Shown: one piece after another, positions 18,460 to 28,632 of the stretch
Layout of the letters: every line of letters begins with the position of its first letter
Numbering within the stretch: position 1 is the first letter of the stretch
NCBI GenBank assembly: GCA_902626065.1
Contig: CACODT010000005.1
Coordinates: 1,315-65,314 of the forward strand
Source of the DNA: an uncultured Candidatus Actinomarina sp.
GTDB taxonomy: Bacteria > Actinomycetota > Acidimicrobiia > Actinomarinales > Actinomarinaceae
Direction of reading: 5' to 3'
DNA: 64,000 bases
Notes under the pieces: generated by a model
Told to the model about the DNA's origin: nothing
What the model saw: the letters and a program-made list of their open reading frames with translations, nothing else
Databases searched by the model: none
Position numbers and translations under genes: made by a program

Positions 18460-19191
18460 TTATTTTTTCATAAATATATGTTGCATTGCTATTCCAGCAG
18501 CAACTGAGACATTTAAAGATTCTATATGTTTTGACATTTGGATTTTTACAACATTGTCAAGTTTGTTTTTAATTTCATCGCTCAATCCTTTTTCCTCTGA
18601 ACCAATAAAAAAAGCCAAGTTTTGGTTTCCTAAATCTAAAGTTTCTACATTTACTTCCCCTTCCATATCCAAGCCTATAGTCCAGACATCCAATGATTGA
18701 AATTTTTTTAATAAACTAAAAATTGATTTATATTCTAAAATATCTATTTTCTCTAATCCACCTGAAGAAATCTTAAAAGTTCTTTCGCTTAGTCGAGCTG
18801 ATCTTCTTTCGGGGATACACATCACATTAAAATCAAATGATGCGGCTGAACGTGCAATAGCACCAAGATTATTTGTATCTTGTATATGGTCACATACAAT
18901 AAAATTTGTATTGTTAAATTTTTTTAAATCCGACTCATTGTATAACTTTTTGAGTTTACATAATGCAGCTACGTACTCTGATGAAGTAAATTTCCATTCA
19001 TTTTTGCTCTTAATATTTTTTACTTCTACTTTTTTTTGTTGAGCAATTTTTATTAATTCTTGAACTTTTTTTGAATCTATGTTCTTTTCTAGAATTATTA
19101 ACTCTAAGACTCTGTTGTTTTCTAATGCTGAGATTACTGAATTATAACCTTCAACTATTTTTCCAATACCATCCGACATTTTCACCATCAT
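18460..19191 (-). CDS. rlmB: SpoU/TrmH-family rRNA 2'-O-methyltransferase (RlmB-like)
   Basis: 243 aa. NLGAIARSAASF, FIGSEEKGLS and SLNVSVAAGIA motifs. It follows cysS, as in other actinobacteria. The start is uncertain because it overlaps the cysS 3' end. Confidence 0.8.
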   Translation of the reverse strand: MMVKMSDGIGKIVEGYNSVISALENNRVLELIILEKNIDSKKVQELIKIAQQKKVEVKNIKSKNEWKFTSSEYVAALCKLKKLYNESDLKKFNNTNFIVCDHIQDTNNLGAIARSAASFDFNVMCIPERRSARLSERTFKISSGGLEKIDILEYKSIFSLLKKFQSLDVWTIGLDMEGEVNVETLDLGNQNLAFFIGSEEKGLSDEIKNKLDNVVKIQMSKHIESLNVSVAAGIAMQHIFMKK

Positions 19192-20551
19192 TCATAACTA
19201 TTCCAATTTCTAACAAATCTTCCCTCATTTTGTCAGCTTCACCATATTTCTTATTATTTCTAAAGTCTTCCCTTTTTCTTGAAAACTCAATCATCGCAGA
19301 TTCAATATCGTTGAATCGAATATCGTATTGTGCAAAAAACTTAAATAATAATTTTTCATCTACTATATTAGGTTTTGGAGATTTTAGCTCAAACCCAAGA
19401 ATTTCAAATATGAATTTCACTGATTGTTTAATTTTTATTATCTTTTCTTGCTCCAAATTATTTGTATCTTTTACTTTTTGAAAAATTTCCCCAAGAAGCT
19501 TTGGAGTATTCATATCATCATTCATACAATCAACAAAAATATCAACCATATCATTGTCACTTGGTTCTGCAACAACATCTTTTGTAAATTCAGTTAGATT
19601 ACTTAAAGTTTTTTTAGCCTCTTTAAGCAATTGCTCACTAAATTCTTGTGGGCTTCTATAGTGAGCTCTCAAAAAAAAGAATCTTACAACTTCTCCACCA
19701 TATTCATCAATATATTCATTAAGCAATTTAACATTACCGTCTGATTTTGACATTTTTTTTCCTGACAGGTTCAACATTCCATTGTGAAGCCAATAGTTTA
19801 CAAAATTTTCATTAATGTCAACACCTTTAGATTGAGCAATCTCATTTTCGTGATGTGGAAAAATTAGATCAATTCCTCCACAATGAAAGTCTATTGTTTT
19901 ACCCAATGTTTCACTAATCATTGTTGAACATTCTATATGCCATCCTGGTCGCCCACCTCCCCAAGGAGAGTCCCACGATGGTTCTCCTTCTTTTGAAAAT
20001 TTCCATAAAGCAAAATCTTCAGCTCTATTTTTATCATCTTGTGTATCAACTCTTGTACCAGTTCTTACCTCTTCAATACTTCTACCTGATAATTGAAGAT
20101 ATTTTTCAAATTTTGAAACATCATAATAAACCCCAGAACTTGTAACATAACCAAACCCGTTTTGAATTAGTTGTTCAATATATTTAATGATTTCAGAAAT
20201 ATAAGCTGTAGCTCTTGGTTCAATATCTGGAACCAAACAATTAAGATTTTCATGAGCTAATACAAATTCTTTCCAAACATTGTTTCCAAGTTCACGGTAA
20301 CTTATATTATTTTCTTGAGATTTTTCAATTATTTTGTCATCGATATCAGTAATATTTCTTACAAATAATACTGAATAATTTAGATACTTAAGATATCTTA
20401 TAAAAAAATCAAATACTACAGCTGATCTTCCATGTCCCAAGTGAGGAGATGATTGTACAGTTGGACCACAAAGATAGATCCGAACGTCATTTTTATCAAT
20501 TTTTATTTCTTCCTGTTTTTTAGAAAGTGAATTATATAAATTAAGCATCAT
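19151..20551 (-). CDS. cysS: Cysteine--tRNA ligase
   Basis: 466 aa. HIGH-type motif SPHLGHGRS, KMSKSDGN and zinc-site context WHIECS. Confidence 0.93.
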   Translation of the reverse strand: MMLNLYNSLSKKQEEIKIDKNDVRIYLCGPTVQSSPHLGHGRSAVVFDFFIRYLKYLNYSVLFVRNITDIDDKIIEKSQENNISYRELGNNVWKEFVLAHENLNCLVPDIEPRATAYISEIIKYIEQLIQNGFGYVTSSGVYYDVSKFEKYLQLSGRSIEEVRTGTRVDTQDDKNRAEDFALWKFSKEGEPSWDSPWGGGRPGWHIECSTMISETLGKTIDFHCGGIDLIFPHHENEIAQSKGVDINENFVNYWLHNGMLNLSGKKMSKSDGNVKLLNEYIDEYGGEVVRFFFLRAHYRSPQEFSEQLLKEAKKTLSNLTEFTKDVVAEPSDNDMVDIFVDCMNDDMNTPKLLGEIFQKVKDTNNLEQEKIIKIKQSVKFIFEILGFELKSPKPNIVDEKLLFKFFAQYDIRFNDIESAMIEFSRKREDFRNNKKYGEADKMREDLLEIGIVMNDGENVGWYWKNS

Positions 20552-21011
20552 CTAATAACAAGCTTACTATCGCCAGTGAAGCTTTTTGGTCTCCAATTAT
20601 TCCATAATGATCAGATGATTTTCCTTTAATATTTATTTTTTCTGTAGAAACCTCGAGTAGCTCTGATAAATTTTTTTGAATTTTCTCTGCCTTATCTTGA
20701 ACGTTGAATTTTTCAGAGATAATTGTTATATCCATATTTGTTAATGAAAACTTTTCATATTCAATAACACTTAAAATCTCTGACAAAATATTTGTACTTG
20801 AAATATTTTTTGGTGTAGATTCATCAGATGGAAAATAATAACCTAAGTCTTTTTTTCCAATTGCTCCTAATAATGCATCACAAATTGCATGCAGAAGAAT
20901 ATCACCGTCAGAATGTCCTTTAAAGCCCTCTTCGTCAAAACTGACACCACCAAGGATTAAATTTCTGTTTGCTGAATGTTGGTGTAAATCCCAACCATGA
21001 CCAATTAACAT
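20541..21011 (-). CDS. ispF: 2-C-methyl-D-erythritol 2,4-cyclodiphosphate synthase
   Basis: 156 aa. GHSDGDILLHAICDALLGA motif and typical length. Confidence 0.9.
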   Translation of the reverse strand: MLIGHGWDLHQHSANRNLILGGVSFDEEGFKGHSDGDILLHAICDALLGAIGKKDLGYYFPSDESTPKNISSTNILSEILSVIEYEKFSLTNMDITIISEKFNVQDKAEKIQKNLSELLEVSTEKINIKGKSSDHYGIIGDQKASLAIVSLLLDDA

Positions 21012-21034
21012 TTTCTAATTTTGTTTTAAGTAAA

Positions 21035-21589
21035 TTATAACCCGTCGTCTGGTTCTTCCTCAGGAAGATATTGATTAATTTTTTCTACAGCAGCTTCTTC
21101 ATCAATTTCTAATGCACATGCAATTTCACTAGCCAATGTCATCCTTGCCTTTGCAAGCATTCTTTTTAATGCAGGTGATATACCTTTGTTGATTTGAGCA
21201 TGTGTTAAATCTCTTACAACCTCAGCAACCTGTATGATATCACCTGAAGTCATCTTTTCTGTAAGAACTTTATACCATCTACTCCAGTTAGTGCCTGCCT
21301 CTTCAGGTTTCTCTTTAAATATTGGAAATACTTTTCTTGATACTGCATTTTTTGAAACAACTGGTCTTATTACCTCGTCAACTGCATCAACTGGAACCAT
21401 CACCGTTAAACCGTCTGTTAAAACCTCTATCTGAAAGTATTGAATCCTTTTTGATTTTGGTTCTCCCTCTACAAAAATTTCTACATTTTTATTTACTTTA
21501 CGTATTACTTTGGCAGCACCATGATGAGGGTGAACTACGAATTGATTTGGTTTATATTTATCTATTGATTTTTTTGCTTTTGTTGCCAT
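21035..21589 (-). CDS. carD: CarD-family RNA polymerase-binding transcription regulator
   Basis: 184 aa. N-terminal CarD/CdnL/TRCF-RID-like region (FVVHPHHGAAKVI...) and a helical C-terminal domain containing the conserved W (NWSRWYKVL). Conserved position upstream of ispF-cysS. Confidence 0.85.
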   Translation of the reverse strand: MATKAKKSIDKYKPNQFVVHPHHGAAKVIRKVNKNVEIFVEGEPKSKRIQYFQIEVLTDGLTVMVPVDAVDEVIRPVVSKNAVSRKVFPIFKEKPEEAGTNWSRWYKVLTEKMTSGDIIQVAEVVRDLTHAQINKGISPALKRMLAKARMTLASEIACALEIDEEAAVEKINQYLPEEEPDDGL

Positions 21590-21621
21590 AGATGTAAACC
21601 TTAGTACAGATTTAAAACTAT

Positions 21622-22662
21622 TTAGCTACCATTTATGTAACTAAAACCTACATTTTTAAGTAAAGTATCAAAATATTCTCTTAATTGCTGAGCTCTATTT
21701 CTGCCAATACCATCAACTTCAAATAGTTTATCGGTTGAAGCTGATAGAAGATTTGGTAATGATTTAAATTTTGATACTAAAGAATCGTGTAAATTATCTG
21801 GAAGACCGGGAAATCTGGCAAGAACTCTGTATCCTTTTGGAATAGAAACCTCGTCCAAAGGTTGCATATAAAGTAAATTTCCTAAAGTTTGAATTGAATT
21901 TAATTCTTCATATGTTAAATTTGAAATTTCTTCAGCTGCTTTACTGATATTCCTAAACTTTCTGGTTGGTAAATGATCTTTTAGAACTAAATCTAAAGTT
22001 TGTCTTACACCAGATTCAAGTGAATCAATTTGTATCATCACTAAACCAGAATCCTCTCCTAGATTTACTCCCTCATTCTTTACTTGTTCTGATAACCTAC
22101 CTAATAGCTCTCCCCTTTGAACAACCTCAAGAACTTGTTGATTTGTTATTGAATTTTCTATTTCTAATTCTCCTAATTCAAACACTGCGTCATCAAATCT
22201 TCTTCTAGTTCTATCTATCGACTGCAAAGATTCATTAATTCTTCCAAGTATCATTGATGATTCTTCTAATTCATTAACTTCATTATTTGAAAATACTTTA
22301 ATTATTCCCGATTCATCAGAAACTGCAATCACTTCTAATTCTGTTTCAACAGAGACTCGATGTGCTGTTCTATGCCTAGTGCCCGTTTGTGAAGTTTGTA
22401 TTGAATCTGATGGGTTTAAATGTACATTTGCTTTTAAAATTTTATCAACATTTTCATCAACAATGATGGCACCATCCATTTTTGCAAGTTCACACAACAT
22501 TTCAGGAGTAAATTTGCAATTATTTAAATTTATGCCACCTGATGAAATTTTTTCTAATTTTCCAGAATTTCCTACAACAATTAAGGCGCCAGTCTTTTTG
22601 TCAGCAATTAAGTCTATTCCTTCTCGTAATGGTTCACCCGGAATTAATTGATTGTTTTTCAT
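21622..22662 (-). CDS. disA: DNA integrity scanning protein DisA (diadenylate cyclase)
   Basis: 346 aa. DAC-domain motifs GALIVV, DGAIIVDE and TGTRHRTAHRVS, a helical linker and a C-terminal HhH-like end (IGRNRAQQLREYF). Confidence 0.88.
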   Translation of the reverse strand: MKNNQLIPGEPLREGIDLIADKKTGALIVVGNSGKLEKISSGGINLNNCKFTPEMLCELAKMDGAIIVDENVDKILKANVHLNPSDSIQTSQTGTRHRTAHRVSVETELEVIAVSDESGIIKVFSNNEVNELEESSMILGRINESLQSIDRTRRRFDDAVFELGELEIENSITNQQVLEVVQRGELLGRLSEQVKNEGVNLGEDSGLVMIQIDSLESGVRQTLDLVLKDHLPTRKFRNISKAAEEISNLTYEELNSIQTLGNLLYMQPLDEVSIPKGYRVLARFPGLPDNLHDSLVSKFKSLPNLLSASTDKLFEVDGIGRNRAQQLREYFDTLLKNVGFSYINGS

Positions 22663-22745
22663 AATTTCTCGTTTTATTATTTGAGTATTTTAATTATTCG
22701 AATGTTACTGTATTATTTATTATTAATCCACAATCAAGGAACAAA

Positions 22746-23621
22746 TTGGAAAATATTACATGTAAAGGCTGTCAAGCAACCGTAAATAAAAATCTTGAAT
22801 TTTGTTCAAGCTGTGGCGAATGGCTTGGCTTAAAGATAGGAGAGGTTGAAAACGATAATTTTGTTGAAAACAGTTCTGAAATAAATAGAATGAGAATTCC
22901 AAAAATAAAATGCAGTAATTGTGGAAATACAAATTTACCATCTGTTAAAAATTGCAAAGAATGTAATTTGCCACTTGTAAAGCCTCTAAGTAATTATGGT
23001 GCAACTAATTTACCAACTAGAAAAGAAGTGCCGGGCATAAGAGCAGTATTTTTTTTAGCTCTAATCATACCTTTGATCGCTGGAGCAAGCTTTTTTTATA
23101 ACGATAGAGTTGCAGATGAAGTGATTGAAGAAATATCTTTAATAGAACAAACTACAATTACTTCAACAAGTACAACAATACAAACTAATCTGAAGCCGCA
23201 GATTCCTGTTTCATGTTTGGCATCCAGCACTTTTAATGATGATTTCTCATGTGAAAATTTATACGATGACTCTAACTCTATGTGGCAAGATAACGAGCTA
23301 AGTTGTGAGGGTGCAACTATTGAATTTACATTTGCAAATCCAATTTACTTTGAATTTATAGTGTTCCAGAATGCAGAAAAAAGCTCTTCATTTATTAGAA
23401 ACTTTAAGGCAAGAGACATAAGAATTACAACTGATCAGAAAGATTTTGAAATAGAAAAAGAACTAGAGAATGATAATTTTCAACAATGGATAGATTTAAA
23501 TACTGACGCTACAAAAATTAAAATAGAGATTCTTAGTTCTTTTCCTGGTGAGGAACTAAATGGCCAAAATCCATTTTCTGAGTGTGCAATCCAAGAAATT
23601 AAATTCTTTGGTAAAAGTTAG
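22746..23621 (+). CDS. Double zinc-ribbon, single-pass membrane protein with extracellular galactose-binding-like (discoidin-type) domain
   Basis: 291 aa, TTG start with an AAGGAA SD 5 nt upstream. Two CxxC...CxxC ribbons (CKGC..CSSC; CSNC..CKEC), a TM helix (AVFFLALIIPLIAGASFFY), a Thr/Ser linker, and a C-terminal beta-sandwich-like pattern ending CAIQEIKFFG. Confidence 0.6.
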   Translation: MENITCKGCQATVNKNLEFCSSCGEWLGLKIGEVENDNFVENSSEINRMRIPKIKCSNCGNTNLPSVKNCKECNLPLVKPLSNYGATNLPTRKEVPGIRAVFFLALIIPLIAGASFFYNDRVADEVIEEISLIEQTTITSTSTTIQTNLKPQIPVSCLASSTFNDDFSCENLYDDSNSMWQDNELSCEGATIEFTFANPIYFEFIVFQNAEKSSSFIRNFKARDIRITTDQKDFEIEKELENDNFQQWIDLNTDATKIKIEILSSFPGEELNGQNPFSECAIQEIKFFGKS

Positions 23622-24862
23622 TTTAACTCACCTTTTTTATAAGGAACTCCTACCTTTTTAGGCATTCTAAATTTCTGTTTTGAAAATGATAGTACAACTA
23701 GAGTTGTTAGGTGAGGAGTAAAGTAAATAAATTGTATAGGTACTTGAGTAGAACTCATAAACCAAAATAGAAATAAAGAACCTAATAAGCCTGTACCAAT
23801 TGAACCTCTAATGTTTCTCTGTGAAATATTTCTAATTGTTAACATAATCAAGAAAACACCTACAACAACTAAAAGTCCTTGAATTGCCTCTTCGGATCTG
23901 AGTTGAAGAGCGTCCGCAAATCCAAATAATCCTGCACCCATTAATACTCCAAATGGTCGATAATTACCGAATAATAATGAGGCAAGTCCAATGAAACCTC
24001 GTCCATTTGTTTGGCCCTGTAAATATACATTTGGGCCTTCAAGTACTAGATATGCACCTGCTAACCCTGCAAAACAACCTGAAATAATTACTCCGATATA
24101 TTTCATTAAATATACATTTACTCCCAAGGACTCGCTTCCAGAAGGATATTCTCCAACACTCCTCATTTGTAGACCGATTGGTGTTCTCCACAAAACAAAT
24201 ACAGATAATGGAACTATGAGCAGTGCAAGTATTGTGAAATATGAAATATTTGATGTAAATCCGAGCAATAAGGCAGAAATATCAGAGACTAAAAAAATAT
24301 CGGCATTTTCTATATTTCCTAGAAGAGATGTAGTTTCATTTTCTCCAATTTTTCCGCCAGATAAATATGGAAAATTAAATTTACCAATTTCACCTTCAAT
24401 TCTTGGTGAAGCAGTTGAGCTTGCAAAAGCTATTCCATCAAAAGCAAGTATGTTAAAAAAACGTGCAGCTCCAACAGCTAAAATATTTATTGCGACACCT
24501 GATACAATATGATCAACTTGGAATGAAACTGTTGCAATTGCATGAATTAATCCAAACAATCCTCCACCAATTAATCCAAATAAAACTCCTCCCCATGGTC
24601 CATACATGTATCCACCCCAAGCACCAAACCATGTACCCATGATCATCATTCCTTCCAGACCAATATTTACAACACCTGTCCTCTCTGAAAATAATCCACC
24701 AAGTCCTGCTAATAAAATTGGAATTGATAGCCTGAGTGCTGAGCCAAACGTTCCACTAGATGTCAATTGAGAATATTGTTCAAACTGAGCAATAAAAATT
24801 ATAAGAAATAAAGGAGTGAGTATTACATATTTATCTTTGATAATCCTAAAAAGTTCATTCAT
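23618..24862 (-). CDS. ABC transporter permease (BMP/nucleoside-type system, second permease)
   Basis: 414 aa polytopic protein. It follows the first permease with a 4-nt overlap. The architecture matches the simple-sugar/nucleoside ABC family that pairs with BMP lipoproteins. Confidence 0.75.
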   Translation of the reverse strand: MNELFRIIKDKYVILTPLFLIIFIAQFEQYSQLTSSGTFGSALRLSIPILLAGLGGLFSERTGVVNIGLEGMMIMGTWFGAWGGYMYGPWGGVLFGLIGGGLFGLIHAIATVSFQVDHIVSGVAINILAVGAARFFNILAFDGIAFASSTASPRIEGEIGKFNFPYLSGGKIGENETTSLLGNIENADIFLVSDISALLLGFTSNISYFTILALLIVPLSVFVLWRTPIGLQMRSVGEYPSGSESLGVNVYLMKYIGVIISGCFAGLAGAYLVLEGPNVYLQGQTNGRGFIGLASLLFGNYRPFGVLMGAGLFGFADALQLRSEEAIQGLLVVVGVFLIMLTIRNISQRNIRGSIGTGLLGSLFLFWFMSSTQVPIQFIYFTPHLTTLVVLSFSKQKFRMPKKVGVPYKKGELN

Positions 24863-25944
24863 GTTGAACTCTCTACTTTCTTAGAGGCATCCTTGATTTG
24901 CTGAGTCACTATGTATCTTCTAATAATTTCATAAAATACAACTACAATTAATAAAATGAATGCGGACATCATTGTCTCTATCTCTTTAGGAACACCTCTC
25001 AAATCAAGAATCTGAGCAGATCTCTCCAAAAAACCAAAAAGCATAGCTCCTAAAAGCATACCGAGAGGATGATTTCTTCCGAGAAGTGCAACACCTATTC
25101 CAGCAAAACCAAGACCTGGTGGAAAGTCTATTGTATATTGGTGAAAGTATCCAAGAAGAGGACCCATTCCTACTAACCCAGCGAAAGCACCTGATATTAT
25201 CATTGCGATTATTGTTAATCTTTTAGGATCAACGCCACTAAATTTTGCTGCTACTGGATTTGCTCCAGTTACTCTTAAGTCAAACCCTAATGTCGTTTTC
25301 CAGATCAACAAATAATAAATAAGCCCTAGCAATAAAGCTATAGGAAGAAAACCATGTAAATTTGGTAAATCTTCAATTCCAACAACATTATTCAGAGATG
25401 GAAGACGTCCACTTTCAGGAAGCTCAACTGTTTGGGGAATCGCATTTTTTTCATCTTCATCAAAAAATACTGTAGAAAGTAAATATGCAATTAATCCAGT
25501 TCCAATATAGTTCAGCATTATTGTTGAAATAACTTCATGTATTCCTTTATAAACTTTTAAATATCCAGCAATAGCAGCCCAGGTAGATGATGCTACAACT
25601 GCAATCAACATGATTAAGAAAATATGAATTGGCCTATAAATAGCAAAAGAGGTTCCAATTGCAGCAGCAAGAAGAGCACCAAGCAAATATTGTCCCTCAA
25701 CGCCAATATTAAATAACCCCATCTTAAATCCCACTGCGACTGCAATTGCTGATATGTATAAAGGTATTGTTCTATTTAAAACTGATACTAGTGATTTTCC
25801 TGTTGAGCCATACTCAAACATCATTCTAAATGTCTCAATAGGATCTTTTCCTATACCCAAAAGAATTAATGATGTTAATCCAACTGCTAAACCTAAAGCA
25901 ATAATAGGTGCTGAAAAACTTACAAGTCTCAATCTAATTTTCAT
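24859..25944 (-). CDS. ABC transporter permease (BMP/nucleoside-type system, first permease)
   Basis: 361 aa polytopic protein with 4-nt overlaps on both sides. Confidence 0.75.
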   Translation of the reverse strand: MKIRLRLVSFSAPIIALGLAVGLTSLILLGIGKDPIETFRMMFEYGSTGKSLVSVLNRTIPLYISAIAVAVGFKMGLFNIGVEGQYLLGALLAAAIGTSFAIYRPIHIFLIMLIAVVASSTWAAIAGYLKVYKGIHEVISTIMLNYIGTGLIAYLLSTVFFDEDEKNAIPQTVELPESGRLPSLNNVVGIEDLPNLHGFLPIALLLGLIYYLLIWKTTLGFDLRVTGANPVAAKFSGVDPKRLTIIAMIISGAFAGLVGMGPLLGYFHQYTIDFPPGLGFAGIGVALLGRNHPLGMLLGAMLFGFLERSAQILDLRGVPKEIETMMSAFILLIVVVFYEIIRRYIVTQQIKDASKKVESST

Positions 25945-27452
25945 TTCTTAAGTCCAGTCATGTAACTTCCCAATATTTCAGGTGTAATTTCTTCTGGTTG
26001 AAGTTCTGCTACAAATTGACCCTGATAGATAACGACAATTCTATCTGATAAGCCGATTAACTCTTCTAAATCTGCTGAAATTAATAAGACACCTAAACCT
26101 TCATCTCTTGTATTTCTCAGTTTTTCCCAGATTAAGGCTTGAGCGCCTATATCAATTCCTCTAGTTGGCTGAGAGGCAATTAATAAAGTTGGATTATCTT
26201 CGAGTTCTCTTCCAACAACATATTTTTGTTGGTTTCCACCTGATAATGCAGTTGCAATTGTTCCAGTATTTGGAGTTTTCACATCAAAATTTTCAACTAC
26301 TGATTCAGAAGCTTTTGCTGCATTAGTTAAGTTTACAGTCGTTAACTTTGTTTTATATTTAGCTAATGACTGTCTTCCAAGTATTACATTATTTGTAAGA
26401 CTCATATCCATAATTAATGCTTGAGCCTGTCTATCTTCTGGAATAAAACTGATTCCAAGATTTAGTCTTTCTCTGATAGAAAAATCATCTATCGTATTGT
26501 TTTCTAATTTTATAGTTCCTGTTTCATAATTATGTATGCCTATTATTGCTTCAACAATCTCTCTTTGTCCATTTCCTTCAACACCTGCGATTCCAAGTAT
26601 TTCTGAACTATTAAGTTTAAATGATATATTCTCAAAAACTTTTTTACCATTTTCATTAACAGCAGATAAATTTTCAATAGATAATATCTCTGAAGTGCTT
26701 ATAGAGCTTTGTCTCTTTGGAGGTTTTGGTAATGACTTTCCTATCATCATTTCAGCTAAATCTTTTTTACTAATGCCATCCGCTGAGACAGTGTTAACCA
26801 TTATCCCACCTCTCATGACACTAATATCCTCAGCTATCTCTAAGACTTCGTCAAGTTTATGAGATATAAATATAATTGTTACACCATTGTTTTTTAGATC
26901 TCGGAGGTTATTGAACAACTCATCTACTTCTTGAGGTACAAGAACCGCAGTTGGTTCATCTAGAATTAATATTTTTGCACCCCTGAAAAGAACTTTTAAA
27001 ATTTCTACTCTTTGTTTTTCGCCAACACCAAGTTCATCTATATTCTTATTTAAATCAATATTTAAATTGTACTTATTTATGACTTCGGTGATTTCAGATG
27101 TATAACGTTTAAGGTTTATGTTTTTAAATGTAGCTTTATCAATTCCTAAAATAACACTTTCAAGGACAGTAAGATTATCTGCAAGCATGAAATGTTGATG
27201 GACCATCCCCAATCCTGAGTCAATTGCATCTTTTGGCGAGTTCAAAACAGTTTTGTTATCAAATATAGCAATATCACCACTGTCAGGTTTGACCATCCCA
27301 TAAAGAATTTTCATTAAAGTTGACTTTCCCGCTCCATTCTCTCCAACAATTGCATGAATTGTCCCCTCATTAATTTCTAAATTAATGTCAGAGTTGGCTA
27401 ATACTCCAGGAAATGATTTTGTTATTTTTGATACGCTAATTGCTTTATTCAT
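25941..27452 (-). CDS. ABC transporter ATP-binding protein, duplicated ATPase (BMP/nucleoside-type system)
   Basis: 503 aa. First cassette has GENGAGKST and ILILDEP. The second, degenerate cassette has LSGGNQQK. This is the typical fused double-NBD of CUT2-like importers. Confidence 0.85.
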   Translation of the reverse strand: MNKAISVSKITKSFPGVLANSDINLEINEGTIHAIVGENGAGKSTLMKILYGMVKPDSGDIAIFDNKTVLNSPKDAIDSGLGMVHQHFMLADNLTVLESVILGIDKATFKNINLKRYTSEITEVINKYNLNIDLNKNIDELGVGEKQRVEILKVLFRGAKILILDEPTAVLVPQEVDELFNNLRDLKNNGVTIIFISHKLDEVLEIAEDISVMRGGIMVNTVSADGISKKDLAEMMIGKSLPKPPKRQSSISTSEILSIENLSAVNENGKKVFENISFKLNSSEILGIAGVEGNGQREIVEAIIGIHNYETGTIKLENNTIDDFSIRERLNLGISFIPEDRQAQALIMDMSLTNNVILGRQSLAKYKTKLTTVNLTNAAKASESVVENFDVKTPNTGTIATALSGGNQQKYVVGRELEDNPTLLIASQPTRGIDIGAQALIWEKLRNTRDEGLGVLLISADLEELIGLSDRIVVIYQGQFVAELQPEEITPEILGSYMTGLKK

Positions 27453-27458
27453 ATTGTT

Positions 27459-27500
27459 AAAAAATTTATTCGTTCCAAGAATGAACTTGGAACGAATAAA
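27459..27500 (-). terminator. Intercistronic hairpin plus U-tract (attenuator/terminator) between SBP and ATPase genes
   Basis: Perfect 15-bp stem TTTATTCGTTCCAAG (27465..27479) / CTTGGAACGAATAAA (27486..27500) with a 6-nt loop. On the minus strand it is followed by T6 (27464..27459). It lies in the 61-nt gap between the SBP stop (27514) and the ATPase start (27452). Confidence 0.75.
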
Positions 27501-27513
27501 TAAAATTTGACTA

Positions 27514-28632
27514 CTAACGGCTAGATGGTACTACTATTTCTCCGCTAATAATTTTGGCTCTATATGCTTCGATTTCATCTTTAATGTCATCTATATATCC
27601 GCCAGTGTATGAAATATCAATTCCACCACTTTCAACGTCTTCAGCAACAGGGCCACCTGTGAATGTACCATTTACAGTGTCTTTGATTGCATTGTAAACT
27701 GCAACTTCGACCTTCTTAACCATAGAAGTAAGAATAAATTCCTGAACTTCTGGGATTGCTCCACCAATAGTTAAGTATTGATCTTGATCAACACCAATAC
27801 CCCAGACTTTTGATCCAGTGGATGCTGATACTTCTGCAGCAGCTTCAAACATGCCAATACCGGTACCTCCAGCTGCATGATAAATGATATCGGCACCAGC
27901 TTCATATTGAGCTAATGCAATTTCTTTACCTTTAACCGGGTCACCAAATCCTGAAAAGTCAGGTGGTACTGAGGCATATTTTATGTCTATTTCTATATCT
28001 GGATTCACAGCTTGAACACCAGCAACAAAACCAACCTCAAATGCATGAATTAATGGAATATCAACTCCACCAATAAATCCTATTTTGTTTGTTTCTGTTT
28101 TTAGTGCTGCTGCAACACCAACTAGGAAAGAACCTTGCTCAGCTGCAAATATCATACCTCTTGCATTTGCAGGATCAATTACTGAGTCAGTAATCGCAAA
28201 GTTTGTGTCTGGAAAGTTTGTTGCAGATTCAGCCATAGCGACATCAAACAAGAAACCGTTACCAATAATTAGATCGTTTCCATCTTCTGCACAAAGGTTT
28301 AGAAGTTCTCCTCTATTTTCTCCACCCTCATCAGGCTCAAGAAAAGTTCCTTCAACTCCAAACTCATCAATTCCCATGTTGTAACCAAGATATGCACTGT
28401 CATTGAAACCTTGGTCACCCAAACCTCCAATATCGAGTACTAAACATACTTTTGTGGCTGGGGCATCTGGTTCCGCAGCTGCTGCTGCAGTTGTTGCCGG
28501 TGAATCTAGCGTTTCTGCTGGTTCATCTGCTACAACTTCTTCAGCTGCATCGTCACTTCCGCCGCCACAAGCAGTTAATATAAGGCCAAATACTATGAAA
28601 AGTACAAGCCATTTTGACTTCATTCGAGTCAC
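27514..28632 (-). CDS. BMP-family ABC transporter substrate-binding lipoprotein (nucleoside-binding type)
   Basis: 372 aa. Lipobox LILTAC-GGGS, an acidic/Ala/Pro linker, and BMP/PnrA-like motifs (GDQGFNDSAY, IGFIGG, WGIGVDQDQY). GTG start at 28632 lies 5 nt after a perfect AAGGAG SD (alternative ATG at 28623). Confidence 0.85.
   Translation of the reverse strand: MTRMKSKWLVLFIVFGLILTACGGGSDDAAEEVVADEPAETLDSPATTAAAAAEPDAPATKVCLVLDIGGLGDQGFNDSAYLGYNMGIDEFGVEGTFLEPDEGGENRGELLNLCAEDGNDLIIGNGFLFDVAMAESATNFPDTNFAITDSVIDPANARGMIFAAEQGSFLVGVAAALKTETNKIGFIGGVDIPLIHAFEVGFVAGVQAVNPDIEIDIKYASVPPDFSGFGDPVKGKEIALAQYEAGADIIYHAAGGTGIGMFEAAAEVSASTGSKVWGIGVDQDQYLTIGGAIPEVQEFILTSMVKKVEVAVYNAIKDTVNGTFTGGPVAEDVESGGIDISYTGGYIDDIKDEIEAYRAKIISGEIVVPSSR

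Noticed and set aside
21011-21035. Absence of ispD between carD and ispF, with similar absences of panD next to panC and of an lsr2-like gene next to clpC, as evidence of pathway loss
   Set aside because: Gene absence cannot be judged from a 64-kb window because these genes may be elsewhere in the genome. Only the local synteny difference is real.
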